DNA of 63,966 nt, filler included, from a bacterium (GTDB lineage Bacteria > JALSQH01), in the NCBI GenBank assembly GCA_026985515.1. It is 7 parts of 7 records of this genome, joined end to end, with 100 filler letters (N's around TTAATTAATTAA, not from the genome) between each part and the next. Parts side by side here need not be neighbours in the genome. Positions count along the whole stretch, not along the records: positions 27,752 to 40,950 come from JALSQH010000108.1; 6 more parts are not named here. The stretch is one strand, 5' to 3'. Positions 29,049 through 38,449 of this stretch are shown here, in pieces. Both the position numbers and the translations under genes were made by a program. The notes under the pieces are model-generated. The model did not search any database. It was given only the letters and a program-made list of their open reading frames with translations, and had not been told where the DNA came from. Numbering within the stretch: position 1 is the first letter of the stretch; every line of letters starts with the position of its first letter.

Positions 29049-30410
29049 ATGGGAGAAAGACTGATAGTAATAGGCGGAGTTGCTGCGGGAATGAGTGCCG
29101 CAAGTCAGGCAAAGAGGAGAAATAAGGATCTGGAGGTTGTGGTTTTTGAGAGAGATCCCCACATCTCCTATGGAGCCTGCGGTATTCCCTACTACCTGGG
29201 GGATGTCATCAAGGATCCTAACTCTCTCCTTGTTTTACCTCTGGAAAAAGCAAGAAAAGAGAGAGGAATTGATGTGAGAATCAATCACGAAGTGGTGGAA
29301 CTGGACGCAAAAAATAAAAAAGTAAAGGTGCTGAACAAAGAGGAAAATAAAGAGTTTGAAATGGAATTTGACAGACTTGTTTACACAACCGGCGCATCTC
29401 CCATCAGATTGAATGTCCCCGGTGGAGAGCTGGAAAATATCTTTTACCTCAGAACATTGAAAGATGGTTTGAGGATCAAACAGTTTTTAGTTGAGGAAAA
29501 ACCCCGGAAGGCTGTTCTTGTTGGAGCGGGATTCATTGGTCTGGAAGTGGCGGAGAACCTTAAAAGAATCGGACTTGATGTTACGGTTATTGAGCTTCTT
29601 CCCCATGCTCTTGGTACCATGGATCCCGATATCTCAAAAATTGCCACAGATGAGATGGAAAAAAATGGTGTTAAATTCCTCTTTGAAACAAAGGTTGAAG
29701 GTTTTGAGGGAGAAGATGGGAAGGTGAAAAGGGTTATCACAAACAATGGTACAGTGGAAGCTGACTTCGTACTGGTGGGGATCGGGGTCAAACCCAATGT
29801 GGAGCTTGCAAAAGAGGCAGGCATTGAACTTGGTGAAACTGGAGCCATCAAAACAAATGATTACCTGAGAACCAATTTCCACTACATCTTTGCAGCTGGA
29901 GATTGCGCCGAGTACAAACACAGAATAACTGGAAAACCCGCCTTTGTTCCCCTCGCTCTCAATGCAAATAGAAGTGGAAGATACGCCGGAGCCAATGCCG
30001 CCTTCGATAGAGATGTGGAGAAATTCCCGGGCACCCTTGGAAGTGCAGTGGCAAAACTCTTTGGAGTGGAAATAGCCAGAACAGGTCTTTCAACTGTAGA
30101 GGCAGAAAGAGCGGGTATTGATTTTGAAAGTGTTGTAATTACTGATCACACTCAGGCTGGTTATTATCCCACGAAGGAAAAAATCACTGTTAAACTTCTC
30201 GCAGAAAAACCATCGGGAAGATTGATAGGAGCAATGCTTGCAGGCGGAAAGGGAACCGGGCTCAGGATAGATGTTCTGGCAACAGCTCTTCACAACAATA
30301 TGACTATCAAAGAATTAAGTGAAATTGACCTTGCATATGCTCCACCATTCGCACCCACATGGGATCCAATACTCATTGCAGCAAATGTGGGTAAGAAAAA
30401 ATTCAGATAA
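29049..30410 (+). CDS. cdr: CoA-disulfide reductase / NSR-type flavoprotein
   Basis: GGVAAGMSAA, single active Cys in SYGACGIPY, GAGFIG, YAPPF. Confidence 0.85.
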   Translation: MGERLIVIGGVAAGMSAASQAKRRNKDLEVVVFERDPHISYGACGIPYYLGDVIKDPNSLLVLPLEKARKERGIDVRINHEVVELDAKNKKVKVLNKEENKEFEMEFDRLVYTTGASPIRLNVPGGELENIFYLRTLKDGLRIKQFLVEEKPRKAVLVGAGFIGLEVAENLKRIGLDVTVIELLPHALGTMDPDISKIATDEMEKNGVKFLFETKVEGFEGEDGKVKRVITNNGTVEADFVLVGIGVKPNVELAKEAGIELGETGAIKTNDYLRTNFHYIFAAGDCAEYKHRITGKPAFVPLALNANRSGRYAGANAAFDRDVEKFPGTLGSAVAKLFGVEIARTGLSTVEAERAGIDFESVVITDHTQAGYYPTKEKITVKLLAEKPSGRLIGAMLAGGKGTGLRIDVLATALHNNMTIKELSEIDLAYAPPFAPTWDPILIAANVGKKKFR

Positions 30411-30411
30411 A

Positions 30412-30441
30412 AATGAAGGGGGCTTTCAGGCCTCCTTCATT
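30412..30441. terminator. Hairpin between convergent cdr and truD
   Basis: ATGAAGGGGGC-TTTCAG-GCCTCCTTCAT. Confidence 0.6.
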
Positions 30442-31664
30442 CTTGCAAAAATAGTCTTTATCATCATGGTCGCATAGCTGCCAGGGGGGAGAAGGAACAT
30501 GAAAGTATACTTGTACTTACCCGGAAATGAGTCATCTTTCTCGTAACTTCCTCTGTCAATTATGGTCGGTACAACCCATACCTTTCTGAAGAACTTTTTG
30601 AAATGTGTGCCCCTGTACTTTTTCATGTTAAAGGAAACATCATCAATTCCTTCTATCCTTAAAACTTCCCTTCTGGCAGAAAAGATATCATCCCTGAGTT
30701 CCGTATCAAGTTTCTCCCCCAGCCACTTCTTGTGCAGAAGAGTAAGTTGCAGATCAGGATAGGGGAAATTATCCGGCACCAGAAGATCAACTCCAGCAAC
30801 CCTTATGCGGGGCCCGGATAGATTCAGTCTCGTGAATAGAATATTGAGAAATTCATTCCACACATATGACTGATACTTCATGAAATGAAAATCCATGACT
30901 TTTGAACTGATCATCTCCAGGACACTCTCCGGTTTATAAGATTCGCTGAGGAGTTCAAGTATTATGTTTGAAACAACTCCATTGAAGTAATGCTTCAGAG
31001 TATCCCAGTCTTTCCAGTGTTTCTCCACTATGGCTGGATCAACTCTCTTTACCTCACCAATGTCCTCCTGAAATCTGGTAAAAAAGAGTTTAATGGCACC
31101 CATAAAGTGCTTTTTCAAAATGAGTCTGGCGATAAAATCTTCCCGGGAATAGATATGGTAAAATCTCTGCTCATCATAGTAATTGGGGAAACCATTTCTT
31201 GTTGTATAATCAATAAGTTCTGGTAAATTCTCAACCTCTTCCTTTCCAAGTTCTCTCAGAGTAATGGTAAATTTGTTACCCAGGACCTTGTCACTCCCCA
31301 TGGGATGTGGAACATATCCCAGGAAACCGAGTCTCCCGATTCTCCCTTTTCTCTCTATATCAAAACCCCTTCTTTTTAACCTCTCAACATTTCTCTTTAA
31401 TCTCTGGGGCACTTTCTCGTAATTCAATGTAACATACTGAATTGAAAAAGCATTTTTATCTTTAATGCCACCTATCTGAAAAATTTCCCTCGCTTCGACA
31501 CGGGAACCAAATACTTTGTCGGTTATCATTCTCAAAAGATACCAGGTATTGTACCCACTCTTTTCAAGTTTGAACAAAAGATAGGGCCACTCAGGAAGAT
31601 CAGAAAAAGGGATACTGATAACTTCTTCAACAATGAAATCTGAAGGTAAAAACTTTACCTTCAT
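30426..31664 (-). CDS. truD: tRNA pseudouridine(13) synthase
   Basis: DFIVEE, GIKDKNA...QY, GNKFTI.LR, PNYYDEQRF, LPPGSYAT. Confidence 0.88.
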   Translation of the reverse strand: MKVKFLPSDFIVEEVISIPFSDLPEWPYLLFKLEKSGYNTWYLLRMITDKVFGSRVEAREIFQIGGIKDKNAFSIQYVTLNYEKVPQRLKRNVERLKRRGFDIERKGRIGRLGFLGYVPHPMGSDKVLGNKFTITLRELGKEEVENLPELIDYTTRNGFPNYYDEQRFYHIYSREDFIARLILKKHFMGAIKLFFTRFQEDIGEVKRVDPAIVEKHWKDWDTLKHYFNGVVSNIILELLSESYKPESVLEMISSKVMDFHFMKYQSYVWNEFLNILFTRLNLSGPRIRVAGVDLLVPDNFPYPDLQLTLLHKKWLGEKLDTELRDDIFSARREVLRIEGIDDVSFNMKKYRGTHFKKFFRKVWVVPTIIDRGSYEKDDSFPGKYKYTFMFLLPPGSYATMMIKTIFARMKEA

Positions 31665-32371
31665 GGAGCTAAGAGGGAATCAATTTTATTTTTGAAAACC
31701 TCATAGGGCTGGGCACCCACAACCATCTCCCCTGTCATAGTACCATCCCCATTATCTTTTCCAATTATAAAGGTGGGTGTTCCCCTTATTCCAATCGCAC
31801 TTCCGTATCTCATGGACTCAGCAACTTTATCCTTCACTTCTTCACTATCAAGACAGCGACCAAATTTTTCCCTGTCGAGACCTATCTCTTCTGCAACCTG
31901 TGCAGGGGAAGAAGGATTGAGCATTTCCACATTGAAGATTTTGAAATAATACTTCCAGAAGGCATCCCTTCCACCCAGTTCCCCGGCACAAACCAGACCT
32001 CTGGCAGCGGGAAAGGCAAATTGATGAAATCTCAATGGAAAGTTTTTCACCACCCATTTTACGAGACCCTTGTCGATGTAATTCTCTTTAAGAAGTGGAA
32101 AGGTCTGATGGTGAAAACGTCTGCAGAAAGGACACTGAAAATCTGTAAATTCAACTACTACAACTTTTGCATCAGGATTTCCAAGAACATAATCATTTCT
32201 TATATCTACCGTTCTTACTTCAGCTCCGGGTGAAAATTGCTTTTTCTGTGAAAACTCTTTCTTTTTTTTAACTTCATGTTTTGAAGGTGATTCTGCTTTT
32301 TTGTGACATCCTGTCCCCATCAATAAAAATGAAAAAGCAATTATAAAGAGAGTGTAACCTAACCTTCTCAT
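31661..32371 (-). CDS. DsbA/BdbD-like thioredoxin-fold lipoprotein
   Basis: Lipobox GTGC; DFQCPFC; GTPTF. Confidence 0.88.
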   Translation of the reverse strand: MRRLGYTLFIIAFSFLLMGTGCHKKAESPSKHEVKKKKEFSQKKQFSPGAEVRTVDIRNDYVLGNPDAKVVVVEFTDFQCPFCRRFHHQTFPLLKENYIDKGLVKWVVKNFPLRFHQFAFPAARGLVCAGELGGRDAFWKYYFKIFNVEMLNPSSPAQVAEEIGLDREKFGRCLDSEEVKDKVAESMRYGSAIGIRGTPTFIIGKDNGDGTMTGEMVVGAQPYEVFKNKIDSLLAP

Positions 32372-32877
32372 TTCTTCTTCCCCTCCTTGAGGAGTGACCT
32401 GAAGTAATCGATGAACTCTTCTGAAGTCCAGGGCCTTGCTCCAATAAATTTATTTCTTATTACACCTTTTCTATCCACCACAAATGTTGTGGGAAGAGCC
32501 CTCACTCCAAAAGCCCGTGCGGCGGAAAAGTCAGCATCAAGGTAATAGTCAAACTGAATATTGTTGTATCTGAAAAAGGCTTTTACTCTATCTATGGAAT
32601 CCCTTGGATTTGCAACAGCCACAATCTCCAGCCCCTTTGAATGCAATTTCTGGTAAAGAGCATTTAAATAGGGCATCTCATGGACACATGGTGGACACCA
32701 TGTAGCCCAGAAATTTATGAGTACCACTTTTCCCTTAAAAGACCTGAGAGAAACGATTTTTCCATCGCTTCTTATCAGTTTTATGTCAGGTACCTTATCA
32801 CCTGGTCCCACAAAAGTAAAGGAAGAAAAGATAAAAAAAGCAAGTAAAAGTAATAAAACAGTTTTTTTGTTCTTCAT
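32368..32877 (-). CDS. TlpA/ResA family disulfide reductase
   Basis: NFWATWCPPC..EMP; LPTTF; signal sequence. Confidence 0.9.
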   Translation of the reverse strand: MKNKKTVLLLLLAFFIFSSFTFVGPGDKVPDIKLIRSDGKIVSLRSFKGKVVLINFWATWCPPCVHEMPYLNALYQKLHSKGLEIVAVANPRDSIDRVKAFFRYNNIQFDYYLDADFSAARAFGVRALPTTFVVDRKGVIRNKFIGARPWTSEEFIDYFRSLLKEGKKK

Positions 32878-32888
32878 ATTACCCCCTC

Positions 32889-33419
32889 TTACTTCAAGTA
32901 TCTTTCAATAAATGAGACCATTTCCTTCGAACTCCAGTTCTTCGGTCCTATAAATTTGTATCTTATTTTTCCCGAAGTGTCAATGAGAAAAGTTTCTGGA
33001 ACGCCACCTATGGAGTAAAGTGTTCCCACCTTCCTTGAAGGGTCAAGCAGCACAGGAAACTTAACATTAAACTTCCTTATAAAGGGAATAACTGCATCAG
33101 CACCTCTGTTGTCTTCGCTAACTGCAAGGATAACGAAGTTTTTCCCTCTCATTATTTCTGACAGAGAATTGAGAGAAGGTATCTCTTCTTTACATGGATT
33201 ACACCATGTTGCCCAGAAATTCAATAATACTACCCTGCCTCTGAAACTGGAAAGGGTAACCTTTCTTCCATCCACAGAATACAGAGTGAAATCCGGAGCC
33301 TCTTCTCCCACCTTAATTTTTCTGAAATTTCCCCGCTGAAGATAAACCACCACGAGCACCACCAGGGCGACGCCCACTATTATGGAAATATCTTTCAGGA
33401 GAGAACTTTTCCCAGACAT
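32889..33419 (-). CDS. TlpA/ResA family disulfide reductase
   Basis: N-terminal TM; NFWATWCNPC..EIP; VPETF. Confidence 0.9.
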   Translation of the reverse strand: MSGKSSLLKDISIIVGVALVVLVVVYLQRGNFRKIKVGEEAPDFTLYSVDGRKVTLSSFRGRVVLLNFWATWCNPCKEEIPSLNSLSEIMRGKNFVILAVSEDNRGADAVIPFIRKFNVKFPVLLDPSRKVGTLYSIGGVPETFLIDTSGKIRYKFIGPKNWSSKEMVSFIERYLK

Positions 33420-33459
33420 AGAGAATTAGTTTATCAGAAAAGTAAATTTATTCAACGGA

Positions 33460-33608
33460 ACCAAATCCTCAAATAAAAATCTGGTTGGTCCACCATCAGC
33501 TTTTTTGCCTATAAATCAACACCCCACATTTCGTCACCCTCTGTGTGACGGAGAAAAGCAAGTTTTAAAATTATAAATTCAGGCACCCAAAATCTCTTAA
33601 GATTTGGA
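33460..33608 (-). repeat. Dispersed structured repeat, copy B
   Basis: Homologous to 1829-1919; hairpin CGTCAC-N7-GTGACG; contains CACCCAAAATCTC (33584-33596), identical to 1792-1804. Confidence 0.7.
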
Positions 33609-33616
33609 GACAGATA

Positions 33617-34597
33617 CTAATGAACTTTTCCTTTCTTTTTAAGCCTGAAATAATGCCTCCAGCCTGTTATGAGGATTATTTTTCTCTCCCAGGGAGGAAT
33701 CTCAAGTTTTATTCCATGTACCCTTTCCAGTTTCCAGAGAAGCTGATCAACCCACTTATCGACTGTTATCATCATCTTGGGCCACCGCGCCTTTGTTCTG
33801 AGTCTTGATTGTTTTAGATAATCAGCCACGCTTTTTCTCTTTTTTTCTATCTCTTCGGGGGGTATCTGATAAAAAATTAAACCGGTTCCATTATCCAGCC
33901 TGACAATCCCCTCCGATACAAGGTAACCAAAAACATGCTCACCGTAAAGGGTATTGTAGTAATCACTGGCAGCCATATAAAGTTCTCTGCTTTTAACTGA
34001 AAAATCTTCAATTCTCTCCTCTGCCATGTAGCTGAAGGAAAGGGAAAGTACAATCCATTCCTCAATGGATAATGGTCTTGGTAAAAGATAAATGGAATTC
34101 ATTCCCGTGAAAAAGGCTGACCTTGCCATCCCTTCCACAATTTCATTGAGAATCTCCTCATCCCTGTAATACAGGAGAGCCATCCTTTTGGAAAACCTAC
34201 CAAGAATATAGTTGTCAGGGGGATAAAAGGATGTATAAGTTTTAAAATCATGGAGGGAGATCACATTATACTTGCATACATACCTGATCCCGTTAACCAC
34301 CTCATCGAAGTAGTAGAGATTGGGGGGTAAAAAGACACTGAGCATTTTATGAAGAGGTGGTATGTCAAGTTCGAAATAGGAATCAACTATGAGGAAAAAA
34401 TCTCTGAAGCTATCTTTTTTTCTTGTAACCTCACTCAGGAAAGAACCATAGTGTAGAATTGCAAGTAAATGGTCACCAAATTTCTCACGGAACATCGATA
34501 TGTAAAAATCAAGATCATCTCCCTTTACTGGCTCAAGTAATTGGTTTTTAATCACTGGAAGAGAGTTTTTAAAATAACCACTGCTTTCAACCTTCAT
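33617..34597 (-). CDS. Tam41/Mmp37-like phosphatidate cytidylyltransferase
   Basis: HYGS, DFFLIVD, KYNVIS, YILGRFSK and SYMAEER match the order of Tam41 motifs; SD GGAGGAG before ATG 34597. Confidence 0.7.
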   Translation of the reverse strand: MKVESSGYFKNSLPVIKNQLLEPVKGDDLDFYISMFREKFGDHLLAILHYGSFLSEVTRKKDSFRDFFLIVDSYFELDIPPLHKMLSVFLPPNLYYFDEVVNGIRYVCKYNVISLHDFKTYTSFYPPDNYILGRFSKRMALLYYRDEEILNEIVEGMARSAFFTGMNSIYLLPRPLSIEEWIVLSLSFSYMAEERIEDFSVKSRELYMAASDYYNTLYGEHVFGYLVSEGIVRLDNGTGLIFYQIPPEEIEKKRKSVADYLKQSRLRTKARWPKMMITVDKWVDQLLWKLERVHGIKLEIPPWERKIILITGWRHYFRLKKKGKVH

Positions 34598-35147
34598 TTT
34601 CTCCTCCACGAAGTATGGATCTTACAATTAAACTGAAATTTTCCTCGTCCAGCCCTGATAGATGGGATGGAAGCAGAGCAACAGATAAAATCAAATCAAC
34701 AAGAATTGAGGATATTCTTTCCTTTTCAGACACCTTTCTTGTTGTATCAATCAGATCCCTGAAAAACTCGGTAAACAATTTTTTGATTTTTTCAACTGCC
34801 TTGCTTATATCAGGTATCTCCAGCAATTTCTCATCAAGCAGAGTTTCCTGAATCAACGGATTTCTCCTTAACTCTCTGATATGAGCAATGGATGCCTTGA
34901 GTATTTTTTCTTCAGGATCATCCTGTTCACTTATTATGTTACGAACACCCTCCATGAGTTTTTTAGCCTCATGCATAAGAACCGCAGAAAAGAGGTCATA
35001 TTTGCTTTTAAAGTAGTAATAGAGCGTCCCCTTCCCCACCCTTGCCTCATCAGCTATATCATCCATGGCCGTTTTGTAGAATCCAAAGTGGTAAAAGAGG
35101 TCAGCCGCTTTTTTCAGAATATATTCCCTTGTTTTCCTGCCTCTCAT
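34587..35147 (-). CDS. TetR/AcrR family transcriptional regulator
   Basis: HTH ..GFYKTAMDDIADEARVGKGTLYYYFKSK. Confidence 0.92.
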   Translation of the reverse strand: MRGRKTREYILKKAADLFYHFGFYKTAMDDIADEARVGKGTLYYYFKSKYDLFSAVLMHEAKKLMEGVRNIISEQDDPEEKILKASIAHIRELRRNPLIQETLLDEKLLEIPDISKAVEKIKKLFTEFFRDLIDTTRKVSEKERISSILVDLILSVALLPSHLSGLDEENFSLIVRSILRGGENEG

Positions 35148-35174
35148 TTTTCGACCATAATACTCTTTTAGTCT

Positions 35175-35203
35175 ATTATACAGAACAGCACAAAATTTTG
35201 CAA
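35175..35203 (-). promoter_or_regulatory. sigma70 promoter of the tetR-tam41-like operon
   Basis: TTGCAA-N17-TATAAT on the minus strand. Confidence 0.65.
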
Positions 35204-35219
35204 GAAAAAATAAGGGATC

Positions 35220-36044
35220 TCAGTGTGATATTTTGTTTATGAGGACATAAATGTCCCTTGATGTATCCCATTCATTGTTTTTTATCGCCTTTTCCAGAAT
35301 ATCAATGCCTCTCATGTATTTGGTGTTCATATAGAGTTCCATCCATGTTTTTGATTTCACATCTTTTGCCTTTTCAAGAACACTCAGAGCCTCACTTTTC
35401 TTCCCCATTGCGTTCAAAGTTTCTGCAAGAAAAAGGTAAAAGGGGATCATATCTGGATTAACCCTTATTGCAAGTTTCAGATATTTTTCGCTTTGTTTAT
35501 AATCCCCCAGAGATACAGGAAAAGGAGGAATTTTGTAGTAATATCTTCCCAGAATCATAGATGGGACACCCAGACAGCATCGCGGATCCTTATTTACCAC
35601 ATCAGTCAACGCTCTTATAATTACAGGTAGCTCCTTCAACATCTGTAATCCGAGATAGAGATACTTTTCAGCAATAAATGTGGTGTACCAGAAATGAAGA
35701 ACGTTACTATCAGGAAGCCTTTTTAATCCAATAACACTGTACTTGATTCCCAGATCTGCAACTTTTACTTTCCCCACCGGTCCCGCTGTATTTTCATAAA
35801 GTAACTGCAAAAGATAACCTCTTACCTTATAAGCCTGCTCAGAAGCAGGATGCTTCAAAATATACGCATTAACATTTTTAATCTGATTCAGAAGCCATTC
35901 CGGATTTTGCATATTCTCGTATGTTAAAATGGAACCTTTGTAATTAATTGATTTTTCGGGGTCGACCGAATCAATATTAAACCCATACAGGTTCAGAGAG
36001 AAAAAAAGAACCAGCAGCAGAAAATTTAATTTTTTCACTTTCAC
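35220..36044 (-). CDS. Secreted TPR-like protein, TatT/BstC-like (paralogue 3)
   Basis: Signal peptide; DP...GVPSMILGRYYYKIPPFPVSLGDYKQSEKYLKLAIRVNP. Confidence 0.7.
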   Translation of the reverse strand: MKVKKLNFLLLVLFFSLNLYGFNIDSVDPEKSINYKGSILTYENMQNPEWLLNQIKNVNAYILKHPASEQAYKVRGYLLQLLYENTAGPVGKVKVADLGIKYSVIGLKRLPDSNVLHFWYTTFIAEKYLYLGLQMLKELPVIIRALTDVVNKDPRCCLGVPSMILGRYYYKIPPFPVSLGDYKQSEKYLKLAIRVNPDMIPFYLFLAETLNAMGKKSEALSVLEKAKDVKSKTWMELYMNTKYMRGIDILEKAIKNNEWDTSRDIYVLINKISH

Positions 36045-36241
36045 CCTCCGGGATAGATTTTAAAAAGTAATTTTATTAAACAAACAGCATCCTATCAATT
36101 AAAATTTGTAAGTTCTTTAAATTTAAAATTATCTTCTGCAGAATCTCCACCTTATGAGCTTAACATTCGAAATGCCCTAATATCTGGAAAATTTCCTCAG
36201 AAATTTGATTGGAGTTTCTGAAGCAGTAGTATAAAAATGAA

Positions 36242-36991
36242 ATGGATGGTTTCTATTCAAGGTTGAAAGAAACAATTTTACAACTGGGTAAAGGGAAAAA
36301 GCTGGAGGAGGTTATTGTTGGACTTGGATACATCTATGTGGAAACTGGAGGAGAAGTTCCCGGCCTTGCCTATACTTTCAGATTTGAAACAGACCCAACA
36401 TGTTCTCCTCTCCGGGAAGCTGGCACTATAAAGGGAAGGAGTGTGGAAGAAATTGCAGGTTGGATCTACTCCAATAATCTTTTGAAATCAGGGATTGCCA
36501 TAGCCACCCTTAACTCCTCGATCACCCCACCCGAAAATATTACAACCGGAGACATAACTCTCCTGCCTGAACTTGGAGAATCCTCAATAATTGCCATGAT
36601 AGGTTTCTTTGAGCCTGTGGCTGAAAGGCTTGAGAAAATGGGTAAAACGGTTTATATCTTTGAGAAAAAGAACTATGAAGGAAGAAACTTTTTCACCGAT
36701 TCAGAAATCCCGGAGAAACTACCCAAAGCTGAAGCTGTTATTATAACTGCAACAACTCTGATTAATAGGACTTTCACGGAAATCATAAAGTTTGTTAGAG
36801 AAGGCGCAACTGCAATTCTGCTTGGTCCCACAGCTCCCCTTCTGCCAGAGTTGTACCTGGATACGCCCGTAAAATATATCGCGGGAACAGTGGTAACAGA
36901 CAGAGAAAAAGTTAAACAGATAATAAAAGAAGGGGCAGGATCAAGGGTCTTTGGAAAGAGTGTAAAGAGAGTTATCCTTCCCTTGTCTTAA
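36242..36991 (+). CDS. DUF364 family (Rossmann-like) protein
   Basis: MIGFF.P, ITATTLINRT, LLGPTAP. Confidence 0.8.
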   Translation: MDGFYSRLKETILQLGKGKKLEEVIVGLGYIYVETGGEVPGLAYTFRFETDPTCSPLREAGTIKGRSVEEIAGWIYSNNLLKSGIAIATLNSSITPPENITTGDITLLPELGESSIIAMIGFFEPVAERLEKMGKTVYIFEKKNYEGRNFFTDSEIPEKLPKAEAVIITATTLINRTFTEIIKFVREGATAILLGPTAPLLPELYLDTPVKYIAGTVVTDREKVKQIIKEGAGSRVFGKSVKRVILPLS

Positions 36992-37035
36992 CGAGAATAA
37001 CAGGTATAATATTTTTCAAAAAAGTGGAGGAACAG

Positions 37036-37362
37036 ATGGCTGAGGTGTTAAACATCACAGATGAAAATTTTGAAGATGAAGTGATAAATTCACCAATACC
37101 GGTGGTGGTTGACTTCTGGGCTACATGGTGCGTACCCTGCAGGGCAATAGAACCTGTAGTGGAAGAACTTTCAAAAGTTTACGACGGGAAAGTAAAGGTA
37201 GTTAGAATAAATGTTGATGAAAGTCAAAGAACACCTGCAAGATTTGGAATAAGAGGCATACCCACCCTTCTTCTTTTCAAAAATGGAAGAGTCAAAGGAC
37301 AGCTTGTTGGTGCAGTCCCCCGCAGTAAGATAGAAGAACTCTTTCAGAACGCACTGGAGTAA
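37036..37362 (+). CDS. trxA: Thioredoxin
   Basis: VDFWATWCVPC, GIPTL; SD GGAGG. Confidence 0.92.
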   Translation: MAEVLNITDENFEDEVINSPIPVVVDFWATWCVPCRAIEPVVEELSKVYDGKVKVVRINVDESQRTPARFGIRGIPTLLLFKNGRVKGQLVGAVPRSKIEELFQNALE

Positions 37363-37363
37363 T

Positions 37364-38449
37364 TCAAAACATATACCTGTTCACATCCACATTGAATAGA
37401 AGTGCAATTTCAATAATTGTTACTATGGTGGCAGTGCCTCCGTAACTGAAGAGGGGTAGAGGTATACCCACAACGGGAAAGGCGCCTGTTATCATTGCAA
37501 GATTTATCACTGTGTGAAGGAGTATATGGAGGACGATGCCTGTGGCAAGAATTCTTCCAAACTTATCCCTTGCATTCAATGCAACATCAATTCCCCACAT
37601 TATAATAACAAGGTAAAGCAACAGAACAAAGAGCACACCAAAAAACCCCCACTCTTCTGAGAAAACTGAAAAGGCAAAATCGGTGTGCTGTTCTGGCAAG
37701 AAGGAAAACTGAGTCTGCGTACCCTTCAAAAAGCCTTTTCCGAACCAGCCACCAGAACCAATTGCAATCTTTGACTGAATAACATGATACCCTGCACCAA
37801 GAGGATCCTTTTCAGGATTGAGAAAAGCCACTATTCTCCTTTTCTGATACTTTTTGAGGAGAAATTTCCATACAAAAGCAACAAATGCGACTCCCCCCGT
37901 TACAGATGCCCAGAATACCTTTTTACTTATCCCGTAAATTACCAGAATGAATGCTCCAATGAGCAAAATAATCCCTGCCGTTCCAAGATCAGGTTCCATG
38001 GCAACGAGTAAAAAAGGGATGATCACAATGAGCAGTGGAATCATCAGATGTTTCAGATCAAGTAATTCCTCTTTCACTTCCGAAAGGTAAAAAGAGAGAT
38101 AGAGTATGGTTGTAAATTTGGTAAACTCAGATGGTTGAAAAGAGACGGGTCCTAAAGTAAGCCACCTGTGAGCTCCATTTATGGAAGGGGAAAAAAGGAG
38201 GACAGCTACAAGTAAAAAAAGGGAAAACAGGTACAACCAGAAAGAATACTTTCCAATCACCCTGTAGTCAATTCTGAAAAAAGGGAAACCAATCCCAATT
38301 CCCGTAATCACCCACAGGATCTGTCTGTAAAAATATCTGTGGGTGTGGTCTGCTATGGAGGCACTGTATATGTTGACGATCCCGGTAATTACAAGCAAAA
38401 AGAAAACTATCAAAACTCCAGTATTTAACCTTCTCTTAATTTTCTGCAT
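37364..38449 (-). CDS. rodA: Rod shape-determining protein RodA (SEDS)
   Basis: GAHRW, QPSEF, EPDLGT, LPEQHTDF, SYGG; start moved to ATG 38449. Confidence 0.95.
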   Translation of the reverse strand: MQKIKRRLNTGVLIVFFLLVITGIVNIYSASIADHTHRYFYRQILWVITGIGIGFPFFRIDYRVIGKYSFWLYLFSLFLLVAVLLFSPSINGAHRWLTLGPVSFQPSEFTKFTTILYLSFYLSEVKEELLDLKHLMIPLLIVIIPFLLVAMEPDLGTAGIILLIGAFILVIYGISKKVFWASVTGGVAFVAFVWKFLLKKYQKRRIVAFLNPEKDPLGAGYHVIQSKIAIGSGGWFGKGFLKGTQTQFSFLPEQHTDFAFSVFSEEWGFFGVLFVLLLYLVIIMWGIDVALNARDKFGRILATGIVLHILLHTVINLAMITGAFPVVGIPLPLFSYGGTATIVTIIEIALLFNVDVNRYMF

